The notes under the pieces: generated by a model
Databases searched by the model: none
The model's input: the letters and a program-made list of their open reading frames with translations, nothing else
What the model was told of the DNA's origin: nothing
Part shown: positions 59,750 through 64,000 of the stretch, one piece after another
Layout of the letters: every line of letters begins with the position of its first letter
How positions within the stretch are numbered: the stretch's first letter is position 1
Made by a program: the position numbers and the translations under genes
Assembly (NCBI GenBank): GCA_022605425.2
Contig: CM061247.1
Location: forward strand, 124,001-188,000
DNA length: 64,000 nt
Source: Hamiltosporidium tvaerminnensis FI-OER-3-3
Taxonomy: Eukaryota; Fungi; Microsporidia
Reading direction: 5' to 3'

Positions 59750-60895
59750 GACCATAAAATTGAGTCAATAATATTATTAGGGCCTGGTATAGATATATTT
59801 CCAATAACGACTATGGAATACCCAAAATTTACACTTCGAATTTTAAATAAACCATTACTTGTTCATAACATACAGTGGTTAGAAAAAAAATCATCAAAAA
59901 TTTACATTATTGGTCTTGAATATTATCAAGCTACAGTAAATAATTATTTAGAAGAATTTAAATTATCAGAAAAAACGGAATTTATTCCAATATCACAATA
60001 TGATGGCAGTGTTAATTCTTTATTAAGAATTTGTAAAAAAATAAAAAGTAAAAATATTCTTGTCACCAAAGGAGATATAATTACAAATATTGATGTTTCT
60101 AGTATCTTAGAAGAATATTTTTATGGAAGATGTAAAATAATGACAGTTTTGATAAGAACAAATACAGGACACAAACTTATGGGATATTCTGGTAATAATC
60201 TGGTTTATTATACTGTAAATTCTATGGACATTTTAAATGAAAAAAAGTTTGAAATGTTTCAAAAGTTTCCAAATATAACATTTTCAACAGAAATGGATAC
60301 TTCACAGGTTTATGTTCTTGATAAAAGTTTATTGGAATACGAAGAGTCATTTTTTAGCTTCAAAGCAAGTTTTCTGCCATTTTTAATAGAAAATTTAAGA
60401 GAAAAATGCCCAGTCAAGGTTATGAGAGTTGATAGTGGATATTATTTTCAAATAAATTCTATTGAAGCATTTATAAAAGCATCTTTGGCAAAGAAACAAT
60501 CTAGTTTTATACCACAATGGATATTAAATGGAGAAGGTGAAATATTTGAGTATAAAAATTGTTGCAGACAAACTCTTAAAAAAATATCTTTTAAAGATCA
60601 AAATGAAGATGTTCGAAATATTGTGGGTAAAAAATTTTTACCTGGTGATTTCTATTTATATAATTCTATAATTGGAAATAATTGTAGAATAGGGAAAGGA
60701 ACGAGAATTCTTTCAAGTATTATTCTTGATAATACAAAGATCGGAGAAAATTGTTTAATTCAAGATTCTATAATTGGAGAAAGTGTTGTAATATGTGATA
60801 GATGTTTTTTTAAAACCTGCAAAATAATGCCAAAATATGTTTTTTCTGAAGCGATAAAAGCAAGTTCAGAGATTTTTAGTTTAGGCGAACTTTAA
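59747..60895 (+). CDS. GCD1: eIF2B gamma subunit, copy 2
   Basis: 382 aa; differs from copy 1 at three residues (D/E at 6, V/A at 63, L/F in CFLK vs CFFK). Confidence 0.8.
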   Translation: MDHKIESIILLGPGIDIFPITTMEYPKFTLRILNKPLLVHNIQWLEKKSSKIYIIGLEYYQATVNNYLEEFKLSEKTEFIPISQYDGSVNSLLRICKKIKSKNILVTKGDIITNIDVSSILEEYFYGRCKIMTVLIRTNTGHKLMGYSGNNLVYYTVNSMDILNEKKFEMFQKFPNITFSTEMDTSQVYVLDKSLLEYEESFFSFKASFLPFLIENLREKCPVKVMRVDSGYYFQINSIEAFIKASLAKKQSSFIPQWILNGEGEIFEYKNCCRQTLKKISFKDQNEDVRNIVGKKFLPGDFYLYNSIIGNNCRIGKGTRILSSIILDNTKIGENCLIQDSIIGESVVICDRCFFKTCKIMPKYVFSEAIKASSEIFSLGEL

Positions 60896-62120
60896 AATAA
60901 AAAAAACGTTAAAAATAATTTTCTATTGTATAGATTTAAAATTAAACAATATAAAGTTTTCTTTTTTGATCTTAGAACTATAAATACTGAAAGCCTCTAA
61001 GTTTAGTCTTAATAGTAATTTATTTATTTTGTAGAATTAATAAGAATATTTCTAATATAAACTCAGGAAATAAAAAAAGAGGAATTATTCTATTTTTATG
61101 TTAGTTACTAACATTCAAATAAGAATCTCTTTTATGATATTTTAGAATTAAATATTTAAAAATTTGGTTTTTTAACGAAATGTATTTTGGGTAAATAGTA
61201 TTAAAATAAATACGGTAAACTTGAAGAATTTAAATTATTAACTAGATTCAAAGTCTTTTTTATAATTTAACTTTTATTTTTGACATTATTTTTATTTTTT
61301 TTGGAGGTTTTTCATTAGGTATCGAAAAAGAAGCATAATTATTATATATAGACTATATTTAAACCTTATTCTAATCTGATTTTATTTATCTGAATTTTAA
61401 TTCTGTTATTTCTGAAATCATAAAGAAAAATATAATTAAAAAAAACACCTTTCGGCTAATCATAATTAAAAATGAATATTTTGCTCTGTACTCAAATAAA
61501 TTCAGAAAGAAAAAATACAATCAGAATTGTAAATAAAGAAAGTATTAAATCATATTGATAAAAACCTGTATAATTTTAAGATATAAATTTTTTCAAGTTA
61601 ATTTTGGGCATAAAGTTATGGAAGTAATATTTGAACTTTAATTTAAAGCAATTTTTTTTAACCTTTCCTTTTGAAACCCTTTCAATTCCTATCCCATAGG
61701 TTGGAACGACATATTTCTTTGATTTTCTAGGTTAATATATGCTTCCGTTACCCTCGAATTGTGTGGAATATAGCAAAGATATATCAAACTGAAGAGCGGA
61801 AATCTTAAAGCGGGAAAGTACTAATTAAATTTATCCTGCTACAATAGAGGCTTTCTTCACTTAAAATATAAGTTGGTAGAAAGGTTTTAAAAGTAATAAA
61901 TTGATTGAGGTGGATCTATTGAGACTATATATAGAAATATAAAATAAAAAATTATCTCATGTTTATACAATTTTAAAAAATTTCTACTTTAGCTATAAAC
62001 TCTTCCAGATATCAAAAAAAAATGATTATAAAGCTACGCAATGGTGTAATTTCTGCCACATTTAGCCAGTAATCTATTTTCGAAATAAAAGGTTATTTGC
62101 AAATACTGCGATTCGTCTAC

Positions 62121-62362
62121 ATCATAATCCTCGACACTACAGTCTCACATGAGTCTTAGCCGTCTTCAGTAATACAATCCATTATCTTTTTGCAGTGGGT
62201 TTGTTTACTTTTTCGGGTTTCGTACCAAGGTAGTTTCAAAAGGTAGGTTGTTAGCCCTACTCCTAACTCCAATCTGGAAGACAATTTTCTTTAAGTCGCC
62301 TCTTACCACGGGCAGAGAATACACCAAACCAATTCTGATCCCGGCATCTTGGGAGAAAATAC
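62121..62362 (-). mobile_element. Short RTE-derived element, copy C
   Basis: cagtgggtttgtttactttt.cgggtttc shared with copy B; reverse strand has ttaggagtagggctaacaacctacc (RTE 5' motif); homologous to copy A over ~240 bp. Confidence 0.65.
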
Positions 62363-64000
62363 TGCGAGCAGTCTAGTAAAACAGTAGAACATTCAGAACC
62401 GCGATATTAAAAAATACTTAGTTTCTATTTAACTATAAAATGAAATGAAGCATTAAAACTTGCATTTACTTCTACTAAATAATATATTTTTTTTGTGAAG
62501 CATAATATGAGATTATAAGTTCAAGAGGTTTTTTGAAATGACTATGCCTATATATGAATGACTTTGAGAATGAAAATCGATTTCAAAATTCGAAATAATA
62601 GATCAGGTATATATATTAAATGAATAACACCTGATGAAACATAATTATGATATAATTTGCCAAAAATTGTTTCTGATTTTGATAACTACTAAGCTTTTAA
62701 AGCAAGACATAATGTAAAGTAACTAAGGTTTTATTTATGACTGAAACAGTAAAATGCATTCTTATCTGATCAGCTAATATTGAGTTGTATCCAAACACTC
62801 AATATGTACGCCGAAATCTTCATGAGTAAACATAACCTCGGTTTAGATCCAATTGATAATACACAACAGATATGTCAAAGACATTTCTTTTAATCAACTA
62901 ATAATTCAGAGCCAAAGCCAATTATCTATCAGACTTGGTAAAGAACATCCAACGATGAAACTAAAGAGTGAAATACACATAAAAACCATAATTCTATTGA
63001 ATTATTATCGTAAATAAAAATAAGGATGTTTAACAACTAAATATGAAATCTTTAAACCAAAACCTTAACAAAAAGACTAAATTATTTTTTACACTATAAT
63101 ATGGAAGAAGGGTTAAATATAAAATTGAAGAGTGCCACAAATTTAACAAGAAAAAGGGGAATAATCAATCAAAAACAGTTAGAAAATAATCTAATGTAGA
63201 TAGATTTGGATTTATTTTCAATTTTATGTTAGAAAATACTGACAGAAACTATTAGTTGTCGTTTTTTTTACGTGGAACCGGGTTTAAACCTTTCATAAAT
63301 CATTAGGATTGTATATTATATTTTATTTGCTTTCAATTTAAAAATTATTTCGGCGCAAAAAAATAAATAAATTAAAGAATATTCTATTTGGTTCTTTGTG
63401 TTTTGATAAATTAAAAAGTTGATCAAATCATTTCTTACTGTATAATAGTTCAAAACTTATACGTATGTTGTTTAGTACTTTTTATTTGGTAAAAGTATTC
63501 CAAATTTGTTGTTTTATTATACATATTGATGCTGGTTGTAAGTATTATTTCATTTCTCGTTCAAAAATATAGCAAAGATCGCATGTATGTAATTTCATAG
63601 AATATTATCTCTCTAAAACTTCATATATTGATCTTTGATGGTTTTATGATGTCGAAAGATAAATTCTGGATATTTTGGCAATTTATAGAATTATAAATTA
63701 TATTTTCAGCAATGACTAGTTTTTAAGAAATATTGTTTTAATAGGATAATCCCTGTATGGTAATAACATAAATACAGGATATTAAAAATTGGTCGATGCT
63801 TTCATTAAATTTGAAAGCTGAAGCGGTTACCAAGAAATCATTTCCATATTCTAATACTGCAAAAAATAAAACTACTAAATACTTTTAAATGATATAGGTA
63901 CAACTAAATAGTTAAAAAAATACATGCAGTTAATTATAAACTCTTTTATTTCTCAGATTATACATTTCTCGGCAGATTATTCAGCCATATACATTCATAT

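Larger units (their letters stand above)
58632..61165 (+). repeat. Right arm of the inverted segmental duplication
   Basis: Reverse complement of ~1160-3607; upstream ~62-bp tandem unit differs in copy number between arms. Confidence 0.92.

Overview
Very AT-rich eukaryotic DNA with compact, apparently intronless genes, most preceded by a CCC-like motif just upstream of the ATG, and long intergenic regions full of transposable elements. This fits a large-genome, TE-rich microsporidian; Hamiltosporidium-like is my guess and cannot be confirmed from the sequence alone. Recognisable genes are eIF2B-gamma (two near-identical copies forming an inverted duplication about 55 kb apart), TMA20/MCT-1, tRNA-Asp(GTC), proteasome alpha-3, eIF3g, glutathione synthetase, a secreted orphan protein, a 7-kb frameshifted HECT E3 ligase, LSM1, a minimal DBF4, a reduced SRP68, CDS1, a UBP8-like deubiquitinase, gamma-glutamyltranspeptidase and RPN2. 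Mobile DNA includes a full-length RLE-type (R4/Dong-like) non-LTR retrotransposon with a 13-bp target-site duplication plus many relics and short 3' tails, a piggyBac with TIRs, RTE-clade relics, and a short bipartite RTE-derived element. The least explained feature is a ~720-nt non-coding, hairpin-rich repeat present in four copies (one 5'-truncated). Its 3' end resembles that of the RLE retrotransposon, and it looks like an undescribed structured-RNA SINE. Boundaries of degenerate elements were placed by eye and are approximate.
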